Positions 62,301 through 64,000 of a DNA stretch of 64,000 bases are shown piece after piece. Where the stretch lies: positions 8,183,814-8,247,813 of the forward strand of contig JAHRHZ010000289.1 of assembly GCA_024137785.1 (NCBI GenBank). The letters are read 5' to 3'. Source of the stretch: Ginglymostoma cirratum (Eukaryota). Under the pieces are notes generated by a model. That model was not told the origin of the DNA. It did not search any database and worked only from the letters and a program-made list of their open reading frames with translations. How positions within the stretch are numbered: position 1 is the stretch's first letter; every line of letters begins with the position of its first letter. The translations under genes and the position numbers were made by a program.

Positions 62301-64000
62301 CCATCATTCGCATGGTAATGCAAGAATTGAACTCTGCTGCACTTTCATGGTGGAACCGTTAAAGCTGCTAAGCAAAGGGCCACGGCAGAAGTGAGCCCCT
62401 GTGATCGAGGTGACTGAAGTAGTTAGCAAACTCATTTAGGCATTTAGAATGTCATTTAGTTTTTAGTGAAATACATCAAAAATCGGAGACTTTTAGAAAA
62501 CTGAATAGATCAATTCTAACTAAAAATGAGAGATTTTGACAGGACTGAAACTCATTGTGAAATATTGAATACATCTATACAAATTTTCAACTCAATCTCC
62601 AGAAAAACAAAATACCTTATGTTCAAGGCACAAGTGACTTGAATTCAGATTCAATTACTTGATATAACCCAAGTCATTATAGGTGGACCAAATGTAGAAT
62701 CTCTTATAGTTTGGAGAGGGAAATAAGTGACAGGAGAGGGGATGCTAAATTGATCATCTATTCATGTCTTGGTGTTCAGCTGGTCATTGCCTCAGTTGGG
62801 GAATACAGTATTGCATGACAAAGGAAGACCTCAAAAGATGGAAAAGATAAAACAATGAGAAGTAGCAGAAAACCTCATGCACTTGCAATGCATGTTTACT
62901 GGGCAAGTCAACCTCAGATCAACATGTATAATGTAACTATCAACTACCGACAAAATGATAAAATGCATTTAGTTAAGAAATAGATTAATAAATCAATTGG
63001 AATCATATAGTACACTTAAGAATCTTTTACGTGGTTGAACATTGCACAGGATAAAAATATCTAGAAGATTGGCCAGTTGTATATTAAAAAGGAATTAACA
63101 ATTTTGGTCAATGTTAATGTTTGGAGTATTGAACTCATTCAACACATATTGTATTTTAAACAAAGGATCTACTAAGACAGATGTACGGTTGATAGGTTTT
63201 GTATATTGTATGCTTTGTTCCAAAAGTAAATGCTCAACCAATGCAAAAACAAAGAGGTGAATTTTGAAGGCCCCTGAAGCCAGGAGTGGAGGCTTGTGGC
63301 CCAGAAAGACACTGGCAACATGTCACTACGAAAGTATCAATTCCTTTACCGCCAATAATGAGCTCTTTGTCCAGTTCAGGCCAATGAAAATCATTTATAA
63401 AGTTGTTTGGTCTGAATTGAAGGTAGGAGAGAGTGGGTTATTTCAAGGAACGTAACTGTCAATTTCAGTATAAATTGAAGGAAGTTGAAATAACTGATGG
63501 CTAAGATATTGACGGCATCACCCAGGCCCATAATGGAAAGATACCTATTGCAAAGGGGGACTAGGCAATTGTTAAAATTTGACCATAATTTTGTGGCAGG
63601 GAGATTGGGAATTCAATGCCTGTGCTTTAAACAAGTTCAACAATCCCCTGGCAATGTGGGGGCAGACCAGCAGCAATGGGGAACACTGCCCCGGAAGAAG
63701 ATTCCAACTGGCAATGGAAAAACAGCAGTCATATTTAGGATCCCATGGTGGTGAGGTGAAAAAACCTTTGCAGGAAGGTTTGCATCCCACGCTTTAGGAG
63801 GTCTTGGGATATTAAAGAATGACAAGAAGCTACAAATGATACTTACTTAGAAATTAATGTTTGAGTGCCCAAAGAATAATTTTTTGGGTGAATTAGTTTC
63901 TTCTTGCAGTTATAATATTTAAATGAGAAGTCATGTAATAACAGGCTTTTCATCAGAAAGTAACAGACGATCCATTACTCATCTTCAGCATTAATTTTTA

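Noticed and set aside
1-64000. CRISPR array, prokaryotic operon or defence system
   Set aside because: No regularly spaced direct repeats and no gene-dense coding. The sequence is CpG-depleted vertebrate repeat DNA.

Overview
Non-coding, repeat-dense vertebrate DNA, most likely intron or intergenic sequence from a cartilaginous fish (shark-type SINEs, CR1 tails and Penelope pLTRs; the taxon is an inference). I find no intact host gene; every recognisable ORF is a decayed transposon fragment. Contents: CR1 LINE pieces, a Rex1/Babar LINE, several tRNA-derived SINEs, Harbinger-like DNA transposon relics, three Ty3/Gypsy relics and many Penelope-like elements (PLEs). One Gypsy is a complete but decayed Gmr1-clade provirus (37610-46492, minus strand) with SCAN-like gag, PR-INT-RT-RH order and a tRNA-Pro PBS. 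The most notable signal is about ten minimal type I hammerhead ribozyme motifs in the pLTRs of several PLE families. Several lie in 130-340 bp protein-less cassettes flanked by 11-16 bp target duplications, with the pLTR tail cut at a fixed point and inverted. Also notable are a tRNA-SINE-headed LINE, local inverted duplications and repeat-free blocks that look like conserved enhancers. Boundaries of old repeats are approximate and were read by eye.
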